A stretch of DNA of 64,000 nt from Pristiophorus japonicus (taxonomy: Eukaryota): contig NC_091978.1 in assembly GCF_044704955.1 (NCBI RefSeq), forward strand, positions 208,382,001 to 208,446,000, given 5' to 3'. Below are positions 22,087-34,839 of this stretch, piece after piece. The position numbers and the translations under genes were made by a program. The notes beneath the pieces are model-generated. The model was not told the DNA's origin. It saw only the letters and a program-made list of their open reading frames with translations, and did no database searches. How positions within the stretch are numbered: position 1 is the first letter of the stretch; the number at the start of each line of letters is the position of its first letter.

Positions 22087-23549
22087 TAGAAACTGGAGAA
22101 GCAGATATTTAGAACTCTATGCACAGAAATCACTAAAAACAGAATTAAAAAATAATTTAAATGGCTAATGGAATGTTGGATTTTATCTCAAGGGGGTTGG
22201 AACACAGCATCTGTGGAGAGAAACAGAGTTACTGTTTCAGGTCTGTGACCCTTCGTTATTTCAGATTCCAGCATCCGCAGTATGGGGTAGAAGTTATGTT
22301 ATATAAAGCTCTGGTTAGACCCCGTCTGGAGTCCTGTGTTCTAGGCACCACACCTCAGGAAGGATATATTGGCCTTGGATGGATGCAGTGCCGATTCACC
22401 AGGATAATATCTGGGCTAAACAGATTAAATTACGAGGACAGGTTGCATAAACTATTCCCTTGAGTATAATGGGTGATCTAACTGAAGTGTTTAAGAAAGA
22501 TTTGATTGGGTAGAAAGAAACCATTTCCTCTGGTTGGGGAGGCCAGAACAAGGGGCATAACCTTAAAATTACAGCGAAGCAGTTCAAGGGCGATGTCAGG
22601 AAGCACTTCTTCACACAAAGGGTAGTGGAAATCTGGAACTTGTTCCCCAAAAAGCTTTACTGGCTCGGTCAATTGAAAATTTCAAAACTGATAGATAAGT
22701 TTTTGTTAGCAGAGTATTAAGGGTTACAGAACCAAGGCAGGTAAAATTTAGTTAAGATACAGATCAACCATGATCTAATTTAATGGCAGAACAAGGTTGA
22801 GAAGCTGAATGGCCTACTCCTGTGACTAGTTTTGATCGTGTAAGGGGGTTCAAAGGGAATTTTCCATATTTCCCCTCTAATTGGCCTTGGTTTGTTTTTG
22901 CCTCTCCTCTATTATAGAGACTGCTGCTGCTGGGTAGGGGGGTATCGTATCATGATGCTTCAGGAGTCAAAGCTGTATGGGACAAGCTTGATTGGATCAG
23001 ATGGTCTTTTCCTACCCATCATTTTTATATGTTAATTTTAAATTGTCTTGCTAGCATAGGAGAGTATACCTGCAATTGCTCCCAGAGCTGGAGTGAATGT
23101 TTATGTTGCGAGAGTCCCTTTTTCCATATCCACTCTATTGCATTTGCCTGTTTGGTTGAACTTATGTAAATGCTCAATTAGTGAGCTTCTGAGGATTTTA
23201 CAGCTACCAGCTATTTTTGTTACAGACATTGTGAATATGCTGCTGAGCAAAAAACAAATAAAACCAACAGGAAAAAATAGAAACACACTTTAGAAAAAAA
23301 ACAAGCAGTGAAGTCATTGGAAAAAGTATTCATTAAAAATACCTCTATCCCTTTAAGAATGCCTTTACACATGAATCTCCTTTACACCTGTTGTAGATGG
23401 GCAGGCTGAGAACATCTTGTATTGTGTATTGAGACAGGGTTAATTAATAATCTCATAGTAAAGAATCCTCTGGAGAAAAATGATCATATGATAAACTCAA
23501 TGTGAATTTCTGTGTGTGAAATACTTAAATCCGAAACTGGAATCTTAAA

Positions 23550-26420
23550 TAAAGCCAACTCGTAGGTTTGAGGGGCGAGCTGGCTATGGTAGACTGGGAA
23601 ATTAGATTAAAAGGTATGACGGTAGATAAGCAGTGGCAAACATTTAAAGAAATATTCCAAATTCAGAAATAAAATCTCCATGGAAAAAGTAATTTATCTG
23701 TATCTGTGGCTAACTAAAGAAGTTAAGGATGGTATTAGATTAAAAGAAGAGATTTACAATGTTGCGAAGAATAGTAGTAGGTCTGAGGATTGGGCAAACT
23801 TTAGAAACCAGCAAAGGTTGACCAAAGATTTGGTAAAAAGGGATAAAGTAGAATGACAGTAAAGTAGGAAGAAATATAAAAACAGATTGCAAGAGCTTCA
23901 ACAAGTATGTAAAAAGAAAGCAAGTAACAAAAGTAAGTGCTGGTCCCTTAGAGGCAGGACAGGAGAAATTAAGGGGAAAATAAGTAAATGGCAGACTTTA
24001 AACAAATATTTTGTATCCGTCATCACAGTAGAAGGCACAAAAAGCATACCAAAAATAGCAGTGAACCAAGGGGCTAATGAGAGTGAGGAACTTAAAGTAA
24101 TTAATATCAGTAGAGAAAAAGTACATATGAAATTAATGGCACTAAAGGCCACTATAAAAGCCAACAAATCCCCTGGACCTGATGACCTAAACCCTAGGGT
24201 TCTAAGAGATGGCTGCAGAGATTGGTTGTGATCTTCCAAAATTCCCTAGATTCTAGAATGGTCCCAGCAGATTGGAAGGTAGCAAATATAACACAGCTAT
24301 TTAAGAAAGGTGGGAGAGAGAAAACAGGGAACTACAGGCCAGTTAGCCTGACATCAGTTGTTAGGAAAATTCTAGAATCCATTGTTAAGGAAGTGATAAC
24401 AGGACACTTCAAAAATCATAATGATTCGGCAAAGTCAACATGGTTTTATGAAAGTGAAATTGTGTGTAACAAATTTATGAGTTTTTTTGAAGATGTAACT
24501 TGTAGGGTAAATAAAGGGGAACCAGTGGATGTAGTACGTTTGGATTTCCAAAAGGCATTCTACAAGGTGCCACATAAAAGGTTGCTATGCAAGATAAGGG
24601 CTCATGGGATTGGGGTAATATATTAGCATGGATAGAGGATTGGTTAATGGACAAAAAACAGAGTAGGGATAAACGGGTCATTTTCCAGTTGGTAGGTTGT
24701 AACTCGTGAGGTGCCACAAGCACCAATGCTTGGGCCTTAGCTATTTACAATTTATATTACTGACTTGAGATGAAGGGATCGAGTATAATGTATCCAAGTT
24801 TGCTAATAATACAAAGCTATGTGGGCTGTGAGGACACAGAGAGCCTGCAAGGTGATATAGACAGATTGTCAGTGGGCAATAAGGTGGCAGATAGAGTATA
24901 ATGTAGAGAAATATGATGTTATTCACTTTGGTAGGAATAGAAAAACAGAACTTTTTTTAAATGGTGAGAAACTTTTAAATGTTGGTGTTCAGAGAGATTT
25001 ATATATCCTCGTACAGGAAAGTTTGCATGCAGGTACAGCAATTAGGAAGGCCAATGGCATGTTGGCCTTTATTGCAAAGGGGTTGGAGTATAAGAGTAAG
25101 GAAGTCTTGCTAACGAATTGTACAGGGCTTTGGTGAGACCACACTTGAAGTACTGTGTAGTTTTGGTTTCATCTAAGGAAGGATATACTTGCCTTAGAGG
25201 CGGTGCAATGAAGGTTCGCTTCATTGATGAGAGGATTGTCCTATGAGGAGAGATTGAACCTATACTCTCTGGAGTTTAGAATAAGAGGTGATCTCATTGA
25301 AACACAAGATTCTGAGGGAGATTGACAGAGTAGATGCTGAGAAGTTGTTTCCCTGCCTGGAGAGTCTAGAACTAGGGGACATAGTGTCAGGATAAACATA
25401 GAAATCTACAGTGCAGGAGGAGGCCATCGTGTCCACGTCGGCTGACAAAGAGCCACACAGCCCTCGGTCAGCAGCCCTGAAGGTTACATATTAACCTATG
25501 AACAATGGTGGAAAGGTAAAGAGCACCCAGCCCAACCAGTGCGCCCCACACAACTGCGACACCCCTTTCACCAAAACATTCTACACTCCACCTCAACTGG
25601 AGCCATGTGATCTCCTGGGAGAGGCTAAAAACAGGTATAAACGCAGGTGAATTGGGGATAAAAAAAATCTGGGAAAATTCCTCTCCGAGCCATCCAGGCG
25701 ATCGAAACAAGTTCAGATCATCACTCTGGCCGTATTCGAATCCTTGCAGTACTTACCATCGTATTTGCACCAGCCAACAAGAGGTTATCCAGTCTAATCC
25801 CACTTACCAGCTCTAGGTCCGTAACCCTGCAGGTTATGGCAATTTAAGTGCCCATCCAAGGACCTTTTAAATGTGGTGAGGGTTTCTGCATCCACCACCC
25901 TTCCAGGCAGTGAGTTCCAAACCCCCACAATCCTCTGCATGAAGCAGCCTACCCTCAAATCCCCTCTGAACCTTCCACCAACCACCTTAAAACTATGCCC
26001 CCTCGTAATTGACCCCTCCACCAAAGAAAATAGGCCCTTGCTGTCCATTATATCCTGGCCCCTCAAAATTTTGTACACCTCAATAAGGTCTCCTCTCAAC
26101 CTCTTCTGTTCCAATGAGAACAAACCCAGCCTATCCAATCTGTCCTCATAGCTAAGATTCTCCATTCCAGGCAGCAAGGGGTCGGCCATTTAATACTGAG
26201 CTGAGGAGCTATTTCATCACTCAGAGGGGTTGTGAATCTTTGGAATTCTCTACCCCAAAGTGCTGTAGATGCTGAGTCATTAAGTATAGCAAGGTTGAGA
26301 TAGAGAGTTTTGGATTCTAAGGGAATCAAAGGATATGGAGATCAGGGAGAAAAGTGGAGTTGAGGTTGAAGATCTTATTGAATGGTGGAGCAGGCTCGAG
26401 GGGCTGTATTGCGTAGCTCC
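23550..26420 (+). mobile_element. CR1 LINE ORF2, decayed, with a nested minus-strand CR1 3' end (~25396-26172)
   Basis: KSPGPD, VPADWKVANITQLFKKGGREKTGNYRPVSLTSVV, LDFQKAF.KVPH. The insert encodes LFSLEQKRLRGDLIEVYKI on the minus strand. Confidence 0.88.
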
Positions 26421-27020
26421 AATTTGCATACATTGAGGCCTTATTTAAATTAAGCTTGTGCACAAAATGTGCAAGATCAATTGAATGGTGTTTGAGCAAA
26501 AAAATCTGTGAGATTCCAGCAGAGACCACTCTGTTGAATCTGAATTGTGATAGAACTATTCATCACAACCTCATCTCTTCATACTTTTCACTGCCAATGG
26601 TGTTTTGTAGAATGGCCTCTGGTTGTCAACACAACAAAGAAGTCCACTGTAGAGACACACAACCAAAGAAAGTTGCAATTAGTGTAGATTAAGGTATCAA
26701 CCCAACAACACTTTGATAACCTTATTGTAAGTTGTATCATGATATTGTAAAGGGTCCTTCAACTTTCTCCAACCATTACCCTCTGAAATACCTCAGAAAT
26801 ATTGAATATGTACATAACTGGAGAAAACACACTTGATGGTGTTCTGCTCCTCGTGCATCAGTGTTTTATTCCAGTCAGAAGATAGATCTCATGAAGTTTG
26901 ATTTCAAGGAACTGAGACATTGCACTGTTTATTTAAACTGGAGAAAGTCTAAAGATTCAGTCGGGTAAATTAAACTTGGGAACTATTTTTACGTCTTTAA
27001 TAGTTATTGTGCTGTAGAGT

Positions 27021-27840
27021 ATAGAAACATAGAAAATAGGAGCAGTAGTAGGCCATTCAGCCCTTCGAGTCTGCACCGCCATTCAATATGATCATGGCAG
27101 ATCCTCTATCTCAACACCATATTCCTGCTTTTCCCCCACACCCCTTGATGCCTTTTGTGTCTAGAAATCTATCTATCTCCCTCTTAAATATATTCAGTGA
27201 CTTGGCCTCCACAGCCTTCTGTGGTAGAGAATTCCACAGGTTCACCACCCCGAGTGAAAAAAATTCTCCTCATCTCAGTCCTCAATTTCCTACCCCGTAT
27301 CCTGAGACTGTGAACCCTTGTTCTAGACTTCCCAGCCAGAGGAAACATCCTCCCCGCATCCAGTCTATCCAACCCAGTCAGAATTTTATACTTTTCAATG
27401 AGATTCCCCTCTCATTCTTCTAAACTCTAGTGAATACAGGCCTAGTCGACCCAATCTCTCTTCATATGACAATCCTGCCATCCCAAGAACCAGTATGGTG
27501 AACCTTCGCTGCACTCCCTCTATGGCAAGTATATCCTTTCTTAGGTAAGGAGACCAAAATTGCACACAATACTCCAGGTGCAGTCTCACCAAGGCCCTGT
27601 ATAACTGTAGTAAGACATCCTTGCTCCTGTACTCAAATCCTCTTGCAATGAAGGCCAACATACCATTTGCCTTCCGAACTGCTTGCTGCGCCTGCATGTT
27701 TGCTTTCAATGACTGGTGTACAAGGACACCCAGGTCCTTCTGAAAATTGACACTTCCCAAGCCATCACCATTTAAATAATAATTTGTCCTTATGTTTTTC
27801 CTACCAAAGTGGATAACTTCACATTTAGCCACGATATACT
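27021..27840 (-). mobile_element. CR1 LINE 3' part
   Basis: ORFs 27395-27832 and 27184-27372 encode the CR1 RT C-terminus; TTCTAT-type tail at ~27021. Confidence 0.9.
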
Positions 27841-28328
27841 ATCAATTCTACTTGCCTAGATTATGTCTAAATTGGTTTCACTGGTTTTTGACATTTCCTC
27901 TTACTGAATTGACAAGAGATGAAATGAGAATACTACATGAATTCCTTCACCCAGTGTTACTGTTGCATAAGATGATGGTTTAGCCTTGGGCTACACAATA
28001 CAAGATGCATACCATTTGATCATGGGGGTACAGTCTGGTACATTAGAACAGGAAAGTTGTGTTTAAAAAGCTCACAACACATACAGTATTACAGACAAGA
28101 TTTTTTTAATAACGATAAAATCATAAAAAACTCATACATTACAATTGCTATAATTCAGAAAATGTTGAAGTTTAATTTGTATCATTTTGAGAAGAAATTG
28201 CCAGTTGCAGGCAGTGCCAAGCTTACCACCTACCAGAAAAGGTCACTCACGACCATGGCTATTTTCTAGTTATGCAATAAGGAATTAATTTTAATAATGA
28301 TATTTTTCACTTGTAATATTCTGGCAGC

Positions 28329-29039
28329 TTTATTCTTGAATGAGAAATGAGTACAAGGGAAGAAAAATATTAGCTTAAAAGTAGGAGCCAGACAAGCCTC
28401 GATTGGCATAAAATCAATTAGAGTCTAACTTCACTGAGGGCAAGACTCTAGCCTTTTCTAGAGATTATATTTAAACATTTCCTTGGCCCTTTAGCACCCC
28501 AACTGTTTTAAGAACCAGAAATTAAGAATGAAGTAATCATATATTACTAATATAGCTCAGATTAATAAGACACCTTTATTGTTTAAGTGGGTGCCCAGTG
28601 GAAAGATTTTTTTGTAGAAAAGTTAAGTAACATTATTTAAAAAATGCATCAGGCAGCACCAATATCCACAACCTAAAAGTTCACAAACATAGCCAATAAT
28701 CATTCTTGGCTCCCAGATCAGTGAAAGCAGATACTTGATGTGAAGCACAACATTGCTACTGAATCCATTGCTCTCATTGTTTAGAACTTTTAGCTCAAGG
28801 TATTATGGAGCATCTTCGGGATGCATATCTGCATCACCATAATAAAAAGATGCTCATGCCTTGAAGAAATACTGGCATGGTAAGCTAAAAAGCTAAAAGA
28901 AATGCTGCTAAATATAGTAGCATCGCACTTTAACACTCTTTAATAACTACAATCACACAGAAAATCATATATGATTTATATGACACTAAATTAAAAAAAT
29001 CACATAAAACATTGCCTCTCAGAAATAAGGTTTTTTGAA
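28329..29039 (-). other. NCAPG: NCAPG 3' UTR with candidate poly(A) signals
   Basis: AT-rich unique sequence after the stop codon; minus-strand AATAAA at 28575-28580 and 28329-28334. Confidence 0.5.
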
Positions 29040-29166
29040 CTAATCATCTCCCTTGTTTAATAATCGAGTGAGATTCATTTTTGTTTTCTCCATTGCTGCT
29101 GTTTTTGCTCGTCTTGAAGGTCTTGTTGATACTGAAGAAGCTGGAATTGCAAAGTCTTGGCCATCA
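29040..29166 (-). CDS. NCAPG: NCAPG last coding exon
   Basis: Acceptor ttttattttag|T. Encodes (S)DGQDFAIPASSVSTRPSRRAKTAAMEKTKMNLTRLLNKGDD*, matching the vertebrate CAP-G C-terminus RRAKTAALEKSKLNL. Phase 2. Confidence 0.93.
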
Positions 29167-29630
29167 CTAAAATAAAATTAATTATCAAAAAAAGTTTAAA
29201 ATAAACATGAGTTGCAACACACCAGCAACTACATTCTTATGAGAAAGGAGGCTATGCATGAAACTCAGGATTTTCAGTTTTCTTTATCAAAAATTGTAGA
29301 GCCAACAATGTTTCCAAAATCCTAATGGATCGCCTGTACCGCTGATGAATAAAAACTGAAAAATAATTGAGTACACAAATACAACTCTGTGTTCTGTACT
29401 TATCTCAGTTATGCAAGCTGCTCATTGTTCCTACCCATTATATAATTAGAAACAAAATAGATGATTACCACAGTATGCCTGATTTAGAAATGTAATTGTC
29501 TAAACATATCTAACTATAGATAAATCTAAATATATGATGATATATAAATATATGTGCCTGATTTCTGTGATGGTTTCCTCAATCTTCTGCAGTAACATTG
29601 TTGCAAACTCCATGGAAACAGCCGTTTATA

Positions 29631-29980
29631 CAGGTACAACGTCCCGAATCTGGAATTCCAAAAATCGTAATTGTCCGAAAACCGGACATTTTTCAGGCGA
29701 CATCGGGCAGCGAGGGACGAGGAAACCTGTAAAAAATGCAGTGCCAGGGGGCCGTGTGAATCGCCGAGGAGTGAAAGGAATCGGCGAGCGGCGTGAATCG
29801 GCGAGGAGCGGAGGATTGGTGGACGGAGAGGTCCGAAATCTGGCAAAACCGGAAATCCGGCATGGATTCAGTCCTGAGGATTCTGGATTTCATATTATTG
29901 ATGTTCTTGTCCGAAATCTGGCAAAATCCAAAAACCGACACGGACTCGGTCCCGAGGATTCGGGATTTCAGACGTACCTG
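29631..29980. mobile_element. Tc1/mariner-pogo-type MITE (TA TSD)
   Basis: TA|CAGGTACAACGTC...GACGTACCTG|TA, with an internal ~60-bp direct duplication (GTCCGAAATCTGGCAAAA...GGATTTCA). Confidence 0.8.
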
Positions 29981-31221
29981 TATTGATATTATGGCAGGAA
30001 ATTGGGAGAATCCCCTCAAAAATTCTACCCCAAATTTTGTGTCTGACACCCGCCTATCAACTCACTATTATACAATTCTCCCTCCAGGCTATGTAATCTC
30101 TCACTTTATCATATTATTGCACTGATACATTACATGTATCACACAACTATTATACTGCTGCTCCTTTGACATTTTATTATACATTGGTGTTGCTGCTTCT
30201 GGTATACCACGTACACGTTCATTTAAGGCGACTCAAGACAACTCCTTACTTTTCAGCTCCCAAAAAATGACACACATACAATATGTGCGTCAACAAATTA
30301 AAACATCAAATCCTTACAAGTTTACACACAATGCTCTATATACTAGAAACATTTTATTCAATGTAAGCAACAGTACCTGACCTCACTCTAGTGCACGACC
30401 TAACAAACAAACAAAAATGCTGGCAGACCAGCTCTTCTAGCACCATCTGACCTTGCTGGCAGGAGAGTGTTCTACTAAAAACAGTTAACTGCTTCATCAG
30501 GACAGGATTCTACCTGAAAATTCAGTTGGAATTGGAACAGCAGGGTCAAGAATTGCAAGAGATTGGAGTTGGAGATCAGGAACAAAGTTCACAAATAGAA
30601 TTTGCACTTCTGGAGGTCCAGGTGTACTGTCTGAGGTTCCAAACCTGTGCAGCTAACCTCTGTCATTTTATTCCTAGGAGTATATGATAACCCACTTACC
30701 ACAGAATTCAAAGTTAAGGCAACATCATAGAATGATTTCTTCTCAACTGAAGTGTCATGGATGCTGTATCCCTGAGAAAATTATTGCTAGAATCTAGGTA
30801 GTGTTCTTATGGGTGGAATGTGATTGCAGAGAAAATTTAAATAGCAGATGTGGCTAATTGCAATTGATTAATAAATAAAGTGCACGTAGACATGGTCATT
30901 GGTAACGTGATCTCAATACTCATTCACACAGCATGTGCATACGTACTTTAACCTTTTTTGAGAGCAAAATGGTAAGACAAAATCAGAGTGCTTGAGTGCC
31001 TTACTTTCTTGGTTACTGAATGATGGTATATGTTTGTTACGTAAATATACACGCGATGCACATTTACCTGTATTGTGCAAATGTAAGAAGGCATTTTCTA
31101 CTAAAATTAGTGCATGTGGCTAAAATCGTATTGATGTAGCCAAATCTGTGGCTAGTCAGAAATTGTCTAATTCATAACACTGCTCTAATCTAAAGCCAAA
31201 CAACCATGCAATATAATTTAG

Positions 31222-31392
31222 GCTGATACTCCAGTGCAGTACTGAGTGAGTCCTGCACTGTCAACAGTACCGTCCTTTCGGGTGAGATGATAAACGGAGG
31301 CCCCATCTGCCCTCTTAGGTCGACATAAAAGATCACATGGCACTATTTGAAGAAGAGCGGGGGAGTTCTCCTGGTATCTTGGCAAATATTAT
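31222..31392 (+). mobile_element. Deu-domain SINE (SacSINE1/AmnSINE-like) fragment
   Basis: CTCCAGTGCAGTACTGAG..CTGCACTGTC..AAAAGATCACATGGCACTATTTGAAGAAGAGC matches the recalled DeuSINE core. Confidence 0.75.
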
Positions 31393-31696
31393 TGGGTACA
31401 ATTATACACTTTAATTCTGAATGTTGTTTTTTTTTACAAAAAAACAAAGTTATGCTGATCACATATGTAACGCAATATTCTTCACACATTACAAAACATT
31501 ATGTATTACAACTAATTTGCCAAAGTCCTTGAGATCTCCAAAGGAGGTGAAGGTTTTTTTTTTAAAAAAAGCAGTGCAGTTCAAAGCTAATATATCATTT
31601 TTGGATCCAAATAGATTTTTCCTATAGTGTACAAGAAAATCTGTAACATACACATGAAAGATGACTTGTCAATGCTTTCTAGATTGCCCTTTTAAA

Positions 31697-33152
31697 GGGG
31701 CCAAGTTTTGGCCTGAGTCGCTCCTGTTTTTTTGGAGCAACTGGTTTAGAATGGAGTATCTTAGAAATTGCAATTCTCGGCATTTAATTTGCTCCAGTTC
31801 TAGTCAGTTAGAACAGTTTCAGTTTGGAACAGATTTTTTTTATTCAAAAGCCGGCGTGTCCGGCCACTTACGCCCGTTTTGAAAGTTTAGGCAGTGAAAA
31901 CTTAATCCAAACTAACTTAGAATGGAGTAAGTGTAGATTTTTGTACGCTCAGAAAAACCTTGCCTGCACTTAAAAAATCAGGCGTAGGTTACAAATCAGG
32001 CGTAGGGAATGGGGGGGGGGGTGGGGGTTTAAAGGGAAGTTTACAAACATTAACCACTTCAGTTTTACAAATAAAGAGCCATCATCAATAATAAATGATA
32101 AATACATCAATAAATCAATCAAAAAAAATTAATAAAAAATTAAAAAAATTAAAAAGGCAATAAATAAAAAAATTTCTACTCACTGCAGCACCGGGAGCCC
32201 GCCAACAGCGTGCTGGGACGGGGCTCCCCCAGTGTGTGTCTCTCTGTCTGTCTGTGTGTCTCTCGCTCATTCTCTGTCTGTCAGTCTCTCTGTCAGTCAG
32301 TGTCTGTGTTTCTGACAGCGAGGAGAGGGAGGGAGGAGGAGGAGGGGGGAGGGAGGGAGGGAGGTGGGGGGGAAAGAGGAAGGGAGGGTGAGCGGGAGGA
32401 AGGGGGGGTGAGAGGGAGGGAGGAGGGAGAGAGGGAGGGGGAGAGGAGAGGGAGGAGGCTGAACGGGCCCGGCTGACGTTAAGAAGCCGGGCCCAAGACT
32501 TGGGGCAGGGCCCGCCCCAGCAAGATGCCGGGCGGGCGGGCCCCACCGAAGGAGTTAAAGGTAGGTGGCCGGGGGAGGCCAGAGCTGGGGAAGGGGAGGG
32601 TCGTCGGAGCAGGAGCTGGGAGGGGGTAGGGGTTGTCCGAGCGGGAGCTGGGCAGGGGGGGGGGTTGGGGGGGGGGGGGTCCGGGGGGGGAGTGGAGCGG
32701 GAGCTGGGGGTCCGGGAGGGGGTCGGAGCGGGAGTCCGGGGAGGGAGTGGAGCGGGAGCTGGGGGTCCGGGAGGGGGTCGGAGCGGGAGCTGGGGGGTCG
32801 GAACGGGAGCAAGAGAGCGGAGCGGGAGGTGGGCACTTGAGCAAGCCAGCTGGAGCCAGAGCAGTTGCTGGACGAGGGAGGTGCAGCCTGATCCTCGCAG
32901 CCCCAGTGAGGCCATTCGGCCAGGGCTGGGCACTGCGTGCTTCGGGCCTCTCCCACACAGTTTCGGGCGCCTGGAGCTACTGCAGGGACCTGGCTCCGCC
33001 CCCCACAGCTCGTGGTGCACTGCGCCGAGCTGCAAAGGACCTGCAGGGAGCCGGAGAATCTGCAGGTATTTTTTAGGTGCGCTTTCAGGCGCGAAAAACG
33101 GGCGTCCAGGTCGGGGCTGCGCCGTTCTAGGCGCGGCCCGAAACTTGGGCCC
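31697..33152. mobile_element. GC-rich non-autonomous DNA transposon (PIF/Harbinger-like)
   Basis: TIRs GGGGCCAAGTTTTGG and GGGCCCAAGTTTCGG with AAA on both flanks (possible 3-bp TSD); internal G-rich tandem repeats; no transposase. Confidence 0.7.
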
Positions 33153-34000
33153 AAAATGATGGAAAAATAGATTCAAAGAAAAGCTGAAGATAGCCCATAT
33201 CTCAGAACACAGCTATACAAAAAACAGTGAATTTGCACTCATTAAATTTTTGTTGGTGGGGGGGGGGGGGGAAAAGAGAAAGAGAAGGAGGGCAGCAGCA
33301 TGCTTTAATGCCTAATTGTTCTTGATTTGACATTATAGGGGTTTCATTCCTTCATTTTATTATAAACAGGTTAATAAAAGCGGGAATATGGTGTTGAGAT
33401 AGAGGATCAGCCATGATCATATTGAATGGCAGTACTGACTCGAAGGACCGAATGGCCTATTACTGCTCCTATTTTCTATGTTTCTATAAAATAGCACACA
33501 AAGCAATCAACGAGTACAGTACCTGAAGAAATTAAACCCCATCATTTTTAATTTAAATTAAAGTATTATAAATTATATGAAGTAAACAAAAAAACTATTT
33601 TCTCCATACATCATCTCCTGCCAAAGGGGCAAGTTATTCTGTTAACCAAACCTAGACAACATTGAGACACAGGAGATCAACAAGTATGAGAGAAAGAATG
33701 GAGCCACATCCCTAACTGATTTCTAATACTCCCTAAATGTCAGATGCTGATCTGTGCATCTGGAAGGGTATTTGTCAATTCCTTCACCGTTTGCACCCCC
33801 CCAATGCATACTGTACATTAATGCTTACAGGACAGGGTTTCTTGAGAGATAAGGGTTTGAAACACCAAACCCAGATAGAGGTACCATTGCCATTTGTGGC
33901 TGAAATGTTTCAATAGCTTTCAGAGGGATCATAAATAACAGTATTTATTGGTATGTGAAATCAGTTCTAATGATAAACAATCCACTGATGCTATACTTGC

Positions 34001-34082
34001 CTTTCATCGGAGGATTCTACTGCTCTCCTGATCCTTCTGCTTTTGGTTACAGACTTGGCAGTTGACAAACCTTTACCTTGTT
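34001..34082 (-). CDS. NCAPG: NCAPG penultimate coding exon (GC donor)
   Basis: ctgtctag|AA...GAAAG|gcaagt. Encodes (E)QGKGLSTAKSVTKSRRIRRAVESSDE(S). The 82-nt length gives phase 1 to 2, which fits the last exon. Confidence 0.82.
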
Positions 34083-34333
34083 CTAGACAGAGCACAGTAA
34101 ACACAAGTCTCACTTAAGATAACATCTGGACAAATAAAATCCACTTCAGTATAAAATTCCAATACATTCCAACTATACAGAAAATGTAATCTAAAAAAAA
34201 GTGCCTGTTAACTTAGTTCTGCATTTATCAAAAGGCCGAATGGCCTCCTTCCGTGTTGTATCATTCTATAATCCTATATGGACCATGTCATCTTCTAATA
34301 TCCATAGTACTAAACAGAAGAAATCAAAATGAC

Positions 34334-34441
34334 CTTTTTTGTTGGTCTTCTTCATCCTTTTCCCTCCTTTACTGTTTACTGTTTCATTACTTTGTTGTTC
34401 TGAGACATCTACATTCCCAGTGATTTGGGATTTGTTTCCAT
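34334..34441 (-). CDS. NCAPG: NCAPG coding exon (low-complexity C-terminal tail)
   Basis: ttttctttcgcag|AT...AAAG|gtcatt; 108 nt, phase 1 to 1; (D)GNKSQITGNVDVSEQQSNETVNSKGGKRMKKTNKK. Confidence 0.75.
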
Positions 34442-34839
34442 CTGCGAAAGAAAAAAGGCACAATATTTGTCGAACTACTTCAATCCCTTCAATGCTGCAA
34501 CCATTCAAAAGTTCTCAATTTAAAAGAAAACTGTTAATTAATGTGAGCTTGCAGATATTTTCAATTGTAGTGATCAACTAGAAGTGAAATTTTGCAAGAT
34601 ATCAAATTAATATTTTCTAAGTTTAGAGGAGACACATTAATGCTTTTTGATTCTCAAAATATAGAATTAAAAGTTATTTTTTGGTAAACATTAATGTTTG
34701 TATATGAATAACAAAATTAATTATTTTGGGAACTAAAGTAGCATTTCACAAGGAACTTGTGGGCCTTTTTTAACACTGCCTGTCTGATGGAAACACAGCA
34801 ATCGGGCAGTTAAAATAACTCACACCTATCTCGCTGCCT

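Larger units (their letters stand above)
16640..22825 (+). mobile_element. Old CR1 LINE ORF2 serving as host to several younger insertions
   Basis: Successive CR1 motifs (VPMDWKIPNVTPLFKK..NYRPISLT; DVIYMDFQKA..KVPH; ISKFANDTKL; LYKALVRPRLE) resume in order after each insert. Confidence 0.8.

Noticed and set aside
30799-31182. Possible MITE with (T/C)AGTGTT...AACACTG ends
   Set aside because: The TIR is short and imperfect and I find no convincing TSD.
32115-33176. Long Pro/Gly-rich ORFs (up to 353 aa) on both strands
   Set aside because: They arise from stop-poor, GC-rich simple repeats inside a TIR element and show no protein motifs.
33993-34000. GT donor 4 nt downstream of the GC donor as the main splice site
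   Set aside because: It gives phase 0, out of frame with the conserved last NCAPG exon.
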